Below, one piece after another: positions 25,937-39,042 of a stretch of DNA of 64,000 bases (positions are counted from its first letter, which is position 1; every line of letters begins with the position of its first letter). The notes under the pieces were generated by a model. The model saw nothing but the letters and a program-made list of their open reading frames with translations. It was not told the origin of the DNA and made no database searches. Source of the DNA: Phaeosaccion multiseriatum (taxonomy: Eukaryota; Protista; Ochrophyta, other classes). The translations under genes and the position numbers were made by a program. The stretch is from the NCBI GenBank assembly GCA_965112735.1, contig OZ218956.1, positions 248,001-312,000 of the forward strand, given 5' to 3'.

Positions 25937-27712
25937 TCACGCCTCCCACACGTTACGCTTTACGTAGAGCATAAACTGAACCAGGCTATCAAAAACGGAA
26001 ATGGCATGCTGCACATCTCCCGGCACTGTTCCCTCCCTGAGAACATTGCCCTGCGTCTCCCAGCCGAACATGCCCATGTTAAGGTGGCCTTCCTTGAGAG
26101 CGCACACGGGTATGCCGTACTTGTAGCTCTGCGATTCCGCCGCGCCAAGCTTCTTGAGGAAGGGGATGACCATCCGGCCCTTCCCATCGGGCTGGAGCAC
26201 GAGGTCCTGGAGCTCTTCGCGCACGGAAGCTTTGGGAAACGCTTGCTTTGTCATCTCGTCCGTCCCCCCGGCATTGGCGGAGACTACTGTCTTCATGAGC
26301 ATGACGAAGTCAGCGACGAAGCTCGACATCGCCTTGGTGGCGCCATGCTTGCTGATCTTAATCTTGTTGACCAGGACGGGCAGCAAGACGGGCGCCTTCT
26401 TGAGGACGAAGGGGCCGAGTTCCTTTTGGAACCTGGCTCTTTCTTCGTTGGAGGAGTCCTTCCATTTTTTTCCAAGTGCCTGTTCCAACGACGACCACTC
26501 CCTCCTCCACTCAAGCCACTTGGGCAGCACGTCGTTGAACATAGTGTGCACGCTCTGGAGGCTGTACCAGTCTGGATCGGCAGGAACTGCAAATGCACTG
26601 GTAGCCATGACGGCCGCCTGGTTCAGGCTGCCCGAGCTCGGACCCACATCCACGATGATGACGTCAAAGGCACCGTACTCGGCGAGGTAGTCGAACAGCC
26701 TGCGAAAGGCGCCGTTCCTGACGATGGCAGTCGTGGGCTCCTTCGAGACCTCCGAGAGCGTCTCAGCGTATTGGATGAGCTTGGGGCTGCCCGGCAGGAT
26801 GAAGAGCCGCTCGCCGATGGAGTGCGGGGAGGTGCTCGACTTGATCGGATCAGAGATCCTGTACAGGGACACTCCCTCCGCGAGGAAGGCGCCCTTATCG
26901 CCTTCCATGATGGGCTGCAATACCTTGGCAATGTCGGGCCCGAGGCATCCTCGGTGCGAGCTGGAGATTTGCTCCATATCGAAGTTGCATTCCGCCTCCG
27001 TGTTGAGAGGGATGGAGCGAATCTCCGGTGGACCGTCCTGGACCTGGCCAGTAGCAGCAGCAGGACTGGCAGTGGCCGTGGAAGGCCTGTCCTCCTCCTC
27101 CCCGTCCTCCTCGGGTTCCACATCTTGAATGTCGTCCGCCAAAAGGCCCGTGATGTTGGTCTGCGGGTCCAGGTCCACAATGCACACTCTACAGCGGTTG
27201 GCCGCGAACTGCCAGGCCAAATTGGCTGTCAGTGTGGAATCGCCATTGAAACAGAAGAGAGAGAGAGTGAGTGGGAACTTAGAATAGGATAGAGCAGGGC
27301 TCGGCAGCAAATGACACTCACTTGTGGTGGTGGACTTCCCTGAGCCACCCTGCGTAGATGCAGTCAGCAGTGGAACAGGCAGGGGCCAGGGGAGGGGTCA
27401 GCAAGGCCAACAAGAAGGGGAGGAGGGGAAGGAAGATCACTCAATCACCTTGAAAGTGTAGTGGGTGAGGACGAAGGCTGGGTGGCGGTGGCTGGAGGAG
27501 ACGTGCGCCTTCACCTCCGGCCCCTGTCCACCATTGCGCCCATTCAGATTGGGCAAGTAGTCTGGATCGATGACAACGCACTCGCCCTTGTTGGACCGGG
27601 ATCCTTTGCTCTTCTTCCTACTCTTCTGGGGCGTTGGGGCCCGCCGTTTGCCCTTCTTGTTCGACGACCCTCCGGCCCCCTTTCCCTTCTCGTTGGGAGA
27701 TCCGCCATCCAT
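25937..27712 (-). CDS. ParA-like ATPase, copy 3 (intact)
   Basis: Same exons and translation as copy 1. Confidence 0.88.
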
Positions 27713-28548
27713 GATGTTTCCTTCTGCCCCCTGCAGCGATGCAGCTGCCCCGGCCCTGTCTGACTTTTTTTGTTTTTTGTTAAATCTTACTCTTTCCCCT
27801 TCCTAGTGGAATTAAAGAGCTCCGGGTCGACAAGGGAAGGGAATGCACGCATTCTAGCAGCTTCCCCTGCTGCCTGCTGGAAAATATAGTTCGGATTTGA
27901 GGAGTCAAGTGCGGGCAAGCGCAGACGGAAGGAGCGAGAACCAGACGAGAAAAAGCCTAATTGCTTACGGAGGAAAGATCTCCTGCTAGGAAAGAACTAT
28001 CGCACGTGAAGAGGTCAACACGTGCGCACTATGACCACGTAGAGCCTATGGGCAGACGGAGCTCAGTAGCTCCACAGTCATTGCCCCCCCCTATCGTACA
28101 GAATGCTCTGAGCAGACGGAGCTAAGTAAAATAAATAAATAAATAAAACAAACTAACATTAGTATGGGCTAATGATGTGCATTATTAGCCCCCCATCATT
28201 AGCCCCCCTTGCTCATAAGCCCTCCTTGCTCCCACACTCATTCAGAAGGCAGCACCAAAAAAAAATAAAAATAAAAATCGCTCGTTGACTTACTATGCCG
28301 TCACCGTCGTCGGACAAATTCAAACTAATCTGCTTCCCCAACTGCCTTGTCTGCTTCTTTGCGCACCACCCGCGTTTCTTTATGAGGTGGTACAGCTTCT
28401 CACTTCGAGACCTCGTCGGTCGAATGAGTTTGAAGCCAGGAGAAGCCACAGCAACGAAAATGTTACCGTAACGGAGCAATTGGAAGGAGCTTTGGAGGGG
28501 AGAAGAAGGAGGAGGACGGGACAGCAATAGTAGTAGCTAATATCGTAT

Positions 28549-30488
28549 ATGAGGGATGTAAACGTTGCAACTCCGCCACTGGACCGCAGAAGGCTGCGTA
28601 CACCGGAAGGAAAGCACAGCAAGAGGGACTTCAATACAGCAACTCCTCCACAAGACCGCAGAAGGCTGCGTACACCGGTGCGAGGAGGGCGCAGCAGGGG
28701 GGATATGAAGGCCGCAACACCGCCGGCCAATGGAGGATCCCATGTTGTTCCACCTTCGCCAGAGGAGACAGTGATGCCGTGCTCCCTGGAGCAGTACCAT
28801 GTCATCGAGCGCATCGGGGAAGGGTCCTTTGGAAAGGTGTATATATAGAGGGCCGAAGGAAGTACACCGGCCAGACCGTTGCTCTCAAGTTCATTAGCAA
28901 GCACGGCAAGACCGCCAAGGAGATTCGCAGCCTGCGACAAGAGATTTCCATCCTACGCGAGCTTGATCACGAGCACATCATCCTCATGCTCGACGCCTTC
29001 GAGACGGAGCGGGACTTCTGTGTAGTGACGGAGTACGCGCAAGGGGAGCTGTTCGACATCCTCAAGGACGACCTCACCCTCCCGGAGGAAAAGGTGCAGG
29101 TCATCGCCAAGCAACTTGTGCAGGCCCTGCACTACTTGCACAGCAAGCGCGTCATCCACAGAGACATGAAGCCACAGAATATTCTCATCGGGGCCCACGG
29201 AAGGGTCAAGCTCTGCGACTTTGGCTTTGCTCGGTGAGGACGCGACTGACTGACTGACTGACTGGCTGAGTGACTGAGTGACTCACTGACTCACTGACTC
29301 ACTGACTCACTGACTCACTGACTGACACCCCATCGCCCCCCCTCGCAGGTCCATGAGCACCGACACTCTCGTCCTGACGAGCATCAAAGGCACGCCTCTG
29401 TACATGGCCCCTGAGCTTGTGCGGGAGCGCCCCTACGACGAGACGGCGGACCTGTGGTCACTCGGAGTGATCCTCTACGAGCTGGCCGTGGGGAAGCCGC
29501 CCTTCTACACCACCTCGCTCTACAGCCTCATCAATCTCATCGTCAAGGACGATGTTTCCTACCCCGTCTCCCTCGGGGCCGCCTTCAAGTCCTTCCTGCA
29601 GGGGCTGCTGCACAAGGATCCCCGGCGACGGCTCACGTGGCCGACTCTGCTGGACCATCCCTTCGTCTGCGAGCAGGGGGGGCAGAGGAGGCAGGTGAGG
29701 GGGGAAGAGAAGCAAAGGGGTCGACGAGCGCACTCTGGACTGGGGAAGCTTTTTGTTCCGAAGGACAGGCTAAGGAGGCAAGAGGAGTGCTCGCCGAAGG
29801 TGGTGGTGCTCACAGAAGGTCATGATGATGATGATGACCGTGATGATGAGGGGGAGAAGGAGAACAGAGAGAAGAGAGAGAGCGAGGCCATGACGAGTAG
29901 TAGAAGGACTGCTCGTGATGATGATTATAGTGGTGATTTTGTTGCTGCTGCACCTAGCAACGCCCCAGCACGTGCTCCTAGGGAGACAGAGGAGGAGGAG
30001 GAAGAGGAAGAGGGCGGAGAGATGTTCGGTGTCCGCTCGGGCCCTGGGGGGGCAGGGCCACTTCCGCAGCCAGCTGAGGCACGTGCTCGAGGGGCACCAG
30101 TTGGTGGTACGTCAGTTGGTGGTACGTCAGTTGGTGGTACGGCAGAGGGGCTGCATGAGGTGCGGCGGGAGGGGGCAGGAGCCGAGTCGGCGGAAGGAGG
30201 AGGGGCGGCGGCACAGGGATATGCATGAGGAAGGTCGTGAGGATTAGGACCACGACAAGGAGGAGCAGGAGGGGGAGGAGGAAGGAGATGTGCTGCTGCA
30301 AGCCCTTCGAACGGCAAGGAGGGTGGCAGGGGCATGCGTCGGGCTTCACAGTTGCAGCGGGCTCGACCGTACCCAAGGGGAGATTCCCCAGGGAGGCAGC
30401 AGCAGCCTCGACCCCGGGGTGAGGGGCGGGGAGGAAGACGAAGACGCTGCTGCCGCCGACCTGTTTGCGTCTTTCAGGGCACTTTTCC
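28549..30488 (+). pseudogene. Truncated Fused/STK36 kinase fragment, copy 3
   Basis: Same premature TAG (28846-28848) and deletion. Confidence 0.9.
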
Positions 30489-31184
30489 TGTGGAGGGCCT
30501 GGCTAAGCTGTACAGCGAGCCCACCGTCGTGGAGAGCACCAGCCTCATCCTCGGTGTGGGCCTGGACCTGTTCGGCACTCGCGTGGTGCCCTCGCGCCCC
30601 TTCGACCTGCTGTCCTCGGAGTTCAACTACAGCTTCCTGTGCATTGTCGTGGTGGCCCTTGTGGTGGTGGCGGGCATGGCCGACCGTTTCGTCAAACAGA
30701 GGGCCCTGCTCGCGGCCTGGGCGTGAGGGAGGGGCTTTTGTTCTTCTCTACGAATGCACTACAGCGCTTTGGATAGCGCGGAGGGATTGGCTGCAGTGGC
30801 GGGGCAGCTGAGGAGGACGCGAGGGAGGGGATGGGGCTAACGTGTGGCAAAGCGTTCCAACACTGGGAAATGCCTCTTTCTTTTTAGTTAGAATCAATTA
30901 ATTTTAAAAAGAGTATGCTAATGCTACGCTGTTTTTATAACTTCCTGCTCTGATGTTTGAGCACCTTGCTTGGGTGGCACAACACACCACGGAGCGTGTG
31001 CGATCTATCCTCCCTGACCTAACTGCTCTTGAAACTGTTCCTGAGAACCCCCCCCCCCCCCTCCCTTCTTATAGCAATCCAAACCCCACCACCAAGAGGG
31101 CGGCCGCAAACTTGCCGAATGAATTGGCACAGTCTTGCTGAAGGCAAAACTCACCACTCAGGCTCCTCTGTCCTTCGTACTCGC

Positions 31185-32960
31185 TCACGCCTCCCACACG
31201 TTACGCTTTACGTAGAGCATAAACTGAACCAGGCTATCAAAAACGGAAATGGCATGCTGCACATCTCCCGGCACTGTTCCCTCCCTGAGAACATTGCCCT
31301 GCGTCTCCCAGCCGAACATGCCCATGTTAAGGTGGCCTTCCTTGAGAGCGCACACGGGTATGCCGTACTTGTAGCTCTGCGATTCCGCCGCGCCAAGCTT
31401 CTTGAGGAAGGGGATGACCATCCGGCCCTTCCCATCGGGCTGGAGCACGAGGTCCTGGAGCTCTTCGCGCACGGAAGCTTTGGGAAACGCTTGCTTTGTC
31501 ATCTCGTCCGTCCCCCCGGCATTGGCGGAGACTACTGTCTTCATGAGCATGACGAAGTCAGCGACGAAGCTCGACATCGCCTTGGTGGCGCCATGCTTGC
31601 TGATCTTAATCTTGTTGACCAGGACGGGCAGCAAGACGGGCGCCTTCTTGAGGACGAAGGGGCCGAGTTCCTTTTGGAACCTGGCTCTTTCTTCGTTGGA
31701 GGAGTCCTTCCATTTTTTTCCAAGTGCCTGTTCCAACGACGACCACTCCCTCCTCCACTCAAGCCACTTGGGCAGCACGTCGTTGAACATAGTGTGCACG
31801 CTCTGGAGGCTGTACCAGTCTGGATCGGCAGGAACTGCAAATGCACTGGTAGCCATGACGGCCGCCTGGTTCAGGCTGCCCGAGCTCGGACCCACATCCA
31901 CGATGATGACGTCAAAGGCACCGTACTCGGCGAGGTAGTCGAACAGCCTGCGAAAGGCGCCGTTCCTGACGATGGCAGTCGTGGGCTCCTTCGAGACCTC
32001 CGAGAGCGTCTCAGCGTATTGGATGAGCTTGGGGCTGCCCGGCAGGATGAAGAGCCGCTCGCCGATGGAGTGCGGGGAGGTGCTCGACTTGATCGGATCA
32101 GAGATCCTGTACAGGGACACTCCCTCCGCGAGGAAGGCGCCCTTATCGCCTTCCATGATGGGCTGCAATACCTTGGCAATGTCGGGCCCGAGGCATCCTC
32201 GGTGCGAGCTGGAGATTTGCTCCATATCGAAGTTGCATTCCGCCTCCGTGTTGAGAGGGATGGAGCGAATCTCCGGTGGACCGTCCTGGACCTGGCCAGT
32301 AGCAGCAGCAGGACTGGCAGTGGCCGTGGAAGGCCTGTCCTCCTCCTCCCCGTCCTCCTCGGGTTCCACATCTTGAATGTCGTCCGCCAAAAGGCCCGTG
32401 ATGTTGGTCTGCGGGTCCAGGTCCACAATGCACACTCTACAGCGGTTGGCCGCGAACTGCCAGGCCAAATTGGCTGTCAGTGTGGAATCGCCATTGAAAC
32501 AGAAGAGAGAGAGAGTGAGTGGGAACTTAGAATAGGATAGAGCAGGGCTCGGCAGCAAATGACACTCACTTGTGGTGGTGGACTTCCCTGAGCCACCCTG
32601 CGTAGATGCAGTCAGCAGTGGAACAGGCAGGGGCCAGGGGAGGGGTCAGCAAGGCCAACAAGAAGGGGAGGAGGGGAAGGAAGATCACTCAATCACCTTG
32701 AAAGTGTAGTGGGTGAGGACGAAGGCTGGGTGGCGGTGGCTGGAGGAGACGTGCGCCTTCACCTCCGGCCCCTGTCCACCATTGCGCCCATTCAGATTGG
32801 GCAAGTAGTCTGGATCGATGACAACGCACTCGCCCTTGTTGGACCGGGATCCTTTGCTCTTCTTCCTACTCTTCTGGGGCGTTGGGGCCCGCCGTTTGCC
32901 CTTCTTGTTCGACGACCCTCCGGCCCCCTTTCCCTTCTCGTTGGGAGATCCGCCATCCAT
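31185..32960 (-). CDS. ParA-like ATPase, copy 4 (intact)
   Basis: Same exons and translation as copy 1. Confidence 0.88.
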
Positions 32961-33796
32961 GATGTTTCCTTCTGCCCCCTGCAGCGATGCAGCTGCCCCG
33001 GCCCTGTCTGACTTTTTTTGTTTTTTGTTAAATCTTACTCTTTCCCCTTCCTAGTGGAATTAAAGAGCTCCGGGTCGACAAGGGAAGGGAATGCACGCAT
33101 TCTAGCAGCTTCCCCTGCTGCCTGCTGGAAAATATAGTTCGGATTTGAGGAGTCAAGTGCGGGCAAGCGCAGACGGAAGGAGCGAGAACCAGACGAGAAA
33201 AAGCCTAATTGCTTACGGAGGAAAGATCTCCTGCTAGGAAAGAACTATCGCACGTGAAGAGGTCAACACGTGCGCACTATGACCACGTAGAGCCTATGGG
33301 CAGACGGAGCTCAGTAGCTCCACAGTCATTGCCCCCCCCTATCGTACAGAATGCTCTGAGCAGACGGAGCTAAGTAAAATAAATAAATAAATAAAACAAA
33401 CTAACATTAGTATGGGCTAATGATGTGCATTATTAGCCCCCCATCATTAGCCCCCCTTGCTCATAAGCCCTCCTTGCTCCCACACTCATTCAGAAGGCAG
33501 CACCAAAAAAAAATAAAAATCAAAATCGCTCGTTGACTTACTATGCCGTCACCGTCGTCGGACAAATTCAAACTAATCTGCTTCCCCAACTGCCTTGTCT
33601 GCTTCTTTGCGCACCACCCGCGTTTCTTTATGAGGTGGTACAGCTTCTCACTTCGAGACCTCGTCGGTCGAATGAGTTTGAAGCCAGGAGAAGCCACAGC
33701 AACGAAAATGTTACCGTAACGGAGCAATTGGAAGGAGCTTTGGAGGGGAGAAGAAGGAGGAGGACGGGACAGCAATAGTAGTAGCTAATATCGTAT

Positions 33797-35734
33797 ATGA
33801 GGGATGTAAACGTTGCAACTCCGCCACTGGACCGCAGAAGGCTGCGTACACCGGAAGGAAAGCACAGCAAGAGGGACTTCAATACAGCAACTCCTCCACA
33901 AGACCGCAGAAGGCTGCGTACACCGGTGCGAGGAGGGCGCAGCAGGGGGGATATGAAGGCCGCAACACCGCCGGCCAATGGAGGATCCCATGTTGTTCCA
34001 CCTTCGCCAGAGGAGACAGTGATGCCGTGCTCCCTGGAGCAGTACCATGTCATCGAGCGCATCGGGGAAGGGTCCTTTGGAAAGGTGTATATATAGAGGG
34101 CCGAAGGAAGTACACCGGCCAGACCGTTGCTCTCAAGTTCATTAGCAAGCACGGCAAGACCGCCAAGGAGATTCGCAGCCTGCGACAAGAGATTTCCATC
34201 CTACGCGAGCTTGATCACGAGCACATCATCCTCATGCTCGACGCCTTCGAGACGGAGCGGGACTTCTGTGTAGTGACGGAGTACGCGCAAGGGGAGCTGT
34301 TCGACATCCTCAAGGACGACCTCACCCTCCCGGAGGAAAAGGTGCAGGTCATCGCCAAGCAACTTGTGCAGGCCCTGCACTACTTGCACAGCAAGCGCGT
34401 CATCCACAGAGACATGAAGCCACAGAATATTCTCATCGGGGCCCACGGAAGGGTCAAGCTCTGCGACTTTGGCTTTGCTCGGTGAGGACGCGACTGACTG
34501 ACTGACTGACTGGCTGAGTGACTGAGTGACTCACTGACTCACTGACTCACTGACTCACTGACTCACTGACTGACACCCCATCGCCCCCCCTCGCAGGTCC
34601 ATGAGCACCGACACTCTCGTCCTGACGAGCATCAAAGGCACGCCTCTGTACATGGCCCCTGAGCTTGTGCGGGAGCGCCCCTACGACGAGACGGCGGACC
34701 TGTGGTCACTCGGAGTGATCCTCTACGAGCTGGCCGTGGGGAAGCCGCCCTTCTACACCACCTCGCTCTACAGCCTCATCAATCTCATCGTCAAGGACGA
34801 TGTTTCCTACCCCGTCTCCCTCGGGGCCGCCTTCAAGTCCTTCCTGCAGGGGCTGCTGCACAAGGATCCCCGGCGACGGCTCACGTGGCCGACTCTGCTG
34901 GACCATCCCTTCGTCTGCGAGCAGGGGGGCAGAGGAGGCAGGTGAGGGGGGAAGAGAAGCAAAGGGGTCGACGAGCGCACTCTGGACTGGGGAAGCTTTT
35001 TGTTCCGAAGGACAGGCTAAGGAGGCAAGAGGAGTGCTCGCCGAAGGTGGTGGTGCTCACAGAAGGTCATGATGATGATGATGACCGTGATGATGAGGGG
35101 GAGAAGGAGAACAGAGAGAAGAGAGAGAGCGAGGCCATGACGAGTAGTAGAAGGACTGCTCGTGATGATGATTATAGTGGTGATTTTGTTGCTGCTGCAC
35201 CTAGCAACGCCCCAGCACGTGCTCCTAGGGAGACAGAGGAGGAGGAGGAAGAGGAAGAGGGCGGAGAGATGTTCGGTGTCCGCTCGGGCCCTGGGGGGCA
35301 GGGCCACTTCCGCAGCCAGCTGAGGCACGTGCTCGAGGGGCACCAGTTGGTGGTACGTCAGTTGGTGGTACGTCAGTTGGTGGTACGGCAGAGGGGCTGC
35401 ATGAGGTGCGGCGGGAGGGGGCAGGAGCCGAGTCGGCGGAAGGAGGAGGGGCGGCGGCACAGGGATATGCATGAGGAAGGTCGTGAGGATTAGGACCACG
35501 ACAAGGAGGAGCAGGAGGGGGAGGAGGAAGGAGATGTGCTGCTGCAAGCCCTTCGAACGGCAAGGAGGGTGGCAGGGGCATGCGTCGGGCTTCACAGTTG
35601 CAGCGGGCTCGACCGTACCCAAGGGGAGATTCCCCAGGGAGGCAGCAGCAGCCTCGACCCCGGGGTGAGGGGCGGGGAGGAAGACGAAGACGCTGCTGCC
35701 GCCGACCTGTTTGCGTCTTTCAGGGCACTTTTCC
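33797..35734 (+). pseudogene. Truncated Fused/STK36 kinase fragment, copy 4
   Basis: Same premature TAG (34094-34096) and deletion. Confidence 0.9.
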
Positions 35735-36430
35735 TGTGGAGGGCCTGGCTAAGCTGTACAGCGAGCCCACCGTCGTGGAGAGCACCAGCCTCATCCTCGG
35801 TGTGGGCCTGGACCTGTTCGGCACTCGCGTGGTGCCCTCGCGCCCCTTCGACCTGCTGTCCTCGGAGTTCAACTACAGCTTCCTGTGCATTGTCGTGGTG
35901 GCCCTTGTGGTGGTGGCGGGCATGGCCGACCGTTTCGTCAAACAGAGGGCCCTGCTCGCGGCCTGGGCGTGAGGGAGGGGCTTTTGTTCTTCTCTACGAA
36001 TGCACTACAGCGCTTTGGATAGCGCGGAGGGATTGGCTGCAGTGGCGGGGCAGCTGAGGAGGACGCGAGGGAGGGGATGGGGCTAACGTGTGGCAAAGCG
36101 TTCCAACACTGGGAAATGCCTCTTTCTTTTTAGTTAGAATCAATTAATTTTAAAAAGAGTATGCTAATGCTACGCTGTTTTTATAACTTCCTGCTCTGAT
36201 GTTTGAGCACCTTGCTTGGGTGGCACAACACACCACGGAGCGTGTGCGATCTATCCTCCCTGACCTAACTGCTCTTGAAACTGTTCCTGAGAACCCCCCC
36301 CCCCCCCTCCCTTCTTATAGCAATCCAAACCCCACCACCAAGAGGGCGGCCGCAAACTTGCCGAATGAATTGGCACAGTCTTGCTGAAGGCAAAACTCAC
36401 CACTCAGGCTCCTCTGTCCTTCGTACTCGC

Positions 36431-38206
36431 TCACGCCTCCCACACGTTACGCTTTACGTAGAGCATAAACTGAACCAGGCTATCAAAAACGGAAATGGCA
36501 TGCTGCACATCTCCCGGCACTGTTCCCTCCCTGAGAACATTGCCCTGCGTCTCCCAGCCGAACATGCCCATGTTAAGGTGGCCTTCCTTGAGAGCGCACA
36601 CGGGTATGCCGTACTTGTAGCTCTGCGATTCCGCCGCGCCAAGCTTCTTGAGGAAGGGGATGACCATCCGGCCCTTCCCATCGGGCTGGAGCACGAGGTC
36701 CTGGAGCTCTTCGCGCACGGAAGCTTTGGGAAACGCTTGCTTTGTCATCTCGTCCGTCCCCCCGGCATTGGCGGAGACTACTGTCTTCATGAGCATGACG
36801 AAGTCAGCGACGAAGCTCGACATCGCCTTGGTGGCGCCATGCTTGCTGATCTTAATCTTGTTGACCAGGACGGGCAGCAAGACGGGCGCCTTCTTGAGGA
36901 CGAAGGGGCCGAGTTCCTTTTGGAACCTGGCTCTTTCTTCGTTGGAGGAGTCCTTCCATTTTTTTCCAAGTGCCTGTTCCAACGACGACCACTCCCTCCT
37001 CCACTCAAGCCACTTGGGCAGCACGTCGTTGAACATAGTGTGCACGCTCTGGAGGCTGTACCAGTCTGGATCGGCAGGAACTGCAAATGCACTGGTAGCC
37101 ATGACGGCCGCCTGGTTCAGGCTGCCCGAGCTCGGACCCACATCCACGATGATGACGTCAAAGGCACCGTACTCGGCGAGGTAGTCGAACAGCCTGCGAA
37201 AGGCGCCGTTCCTGACGATGGCAGTCGTGGGCTCCTTCGAGACCTCCGAGAGCGTCTCAGCGTATTGGATGAGCTTGGGGCTGCCCGGCAGGATGAAGAG
37301 CCGCTCGCCGATGGAGTGCGGGGAGGTGCTCGACTTGATCGGATCAGAGATCCTGTACAGGGACACTCCCTCCGCGAGGAAGGCGCCCTTATCGCCTTCC
37401 ATGATGGGCTGCAATACCTTGGCAATGTCGGGCCCGAGGCATCCTCGGTGCGAGCTGGAGATTTGCTCCATATCGAAGTTGCATTCCGCCTCCGTGTTGA
37501 GAGGGATGGAGCGAATCTCCGGTGGACCGTCCTGGACCTGGCCAGTAGCAGCAGCAGGACTGGCAGTGGCCGTGGAAGGCCTGTCCTCCTCCTCCCCGTC
37601 CTCCTCGGGTTCCACATCTTGAATGTCGTCCGCCAAAAGGCCCGTGATGTTGGTCTGCGGGTCCAGGTCCACAATGCACACTCTACAGCGGTTGGCCGCG
37701 AACTGCCAGGCCAAATTGGCTGTCAGTGTGGAATCGCCATTGAAACAGAAGAGAGAGAGAGTGAGTGGGAACTTAGAATAGGATAGAGCAGGGCTCGGCA
37801 GCAAATGACACTCACTTGTGGTGGTGGACTTCCCTGAGCCACCCTGCGTAGATGCAGTCAGCAGTGGAACAGGCAGGGGCCAGGGGAGGGGTCAGCAAGG
37901 CCAACAAGAAGGGGAGGAGGGGAAGGAAGATCACTCAATCACCTTGAAAGTGTAGTGGGTCAGGACGAAGGCTGGGTGGCGGTGGCTGGAGGAGACGTGC
38001 GCCTTCACCTCCGGCCCCTGTCCACCATTGCGCCCATTCAGATTGGGCAAGTAGTCTGGATCGATGACAACGCACTCGCCCTTGTTGGACCGGGATCCTT
38101 TGCTCTTCTTCCTACTCTTCTGGGGCGTTGGGGCCCGCCGTTTGCCCTTCTTGTTCGACGACCCTCCGGCCCCCTTTCCCTTCTCGTTGGGAGATCCGCC
38201 ATCCAT
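36431..38206 (-). CDS. ParA-like ATPase, copy 5 (intact)
   Basis: Same translation as copy 1; one synonymous SNP at 37961. Confidence 0.88.
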
Positions 38207-39042
38207 GATGTTTCCTTCTGCCCCCTGCAGCGATGCAGCTGCCCCGGCCCTGTCTGACTTTTTTTGTTTTTTGTTAAATCTTACTCTTTCCCCTTCCTAG
38301 TGGAATTAAAGAGCTCCGGGTCGACAAGGGAAGGGAATGCACGCATTCTAGCAGCTTCCCCTGCTGCCTGCTGGAAAATATAGTTCGGATTTGAGGAGTC
38401 AAGTGCGGGCAAGCGCAGACGGAAGGAGCGAGAACCAGACGAGAAAAAGCCTAATTGCTTACGGAGGAAAGATCTCCTGCTAGGAAAGAACTATCGCACG
38501 TGAAGAGGTCAACACGTGCGCACTATGACCACGTAGAGCCTATGGGCAGACGGAGCTCAGTAGCTCCACAGTCATTGCCCCCCCCTATCGTACAGAATGC
38601 TCTGAGCAGACGGAGCTAAGTAAAATAAATAAATAAATAAAACAAACTAACATTAGTATGGGCTAATGATGTGCATTATTAGCCCCCCATCATTAGCCCC
38701 CCTTGCTCATAAGCCCTCCTTGCTCCCACACTCATTCAGAAGGCAGCACCAAAAAAAAATAAAAATAAAAATCGCTCGTTGACTTACTATGCCGTCACCG
38801 TCGTCGGACAAATTCAAACTAATCTGCTTCCCCAACTGCCTTGTCTGCTTCTTTGCGCACCACCCGCGTTTCTTTATGAGGTGGTACAGCTTCTCACTTC
38901 GAGACCTCGTCGGTCGAATGAGTTTGAAGCCAGGAGAAGCCACAGCAACGAAAATGTTACCGTAACGGAGCAATTGGAAGGAGCTTTGGAGGGGAGAAGA
39001 AGGAGGAGGACGGGACAGCAATAGTAGTAGCTAATATCGTAT

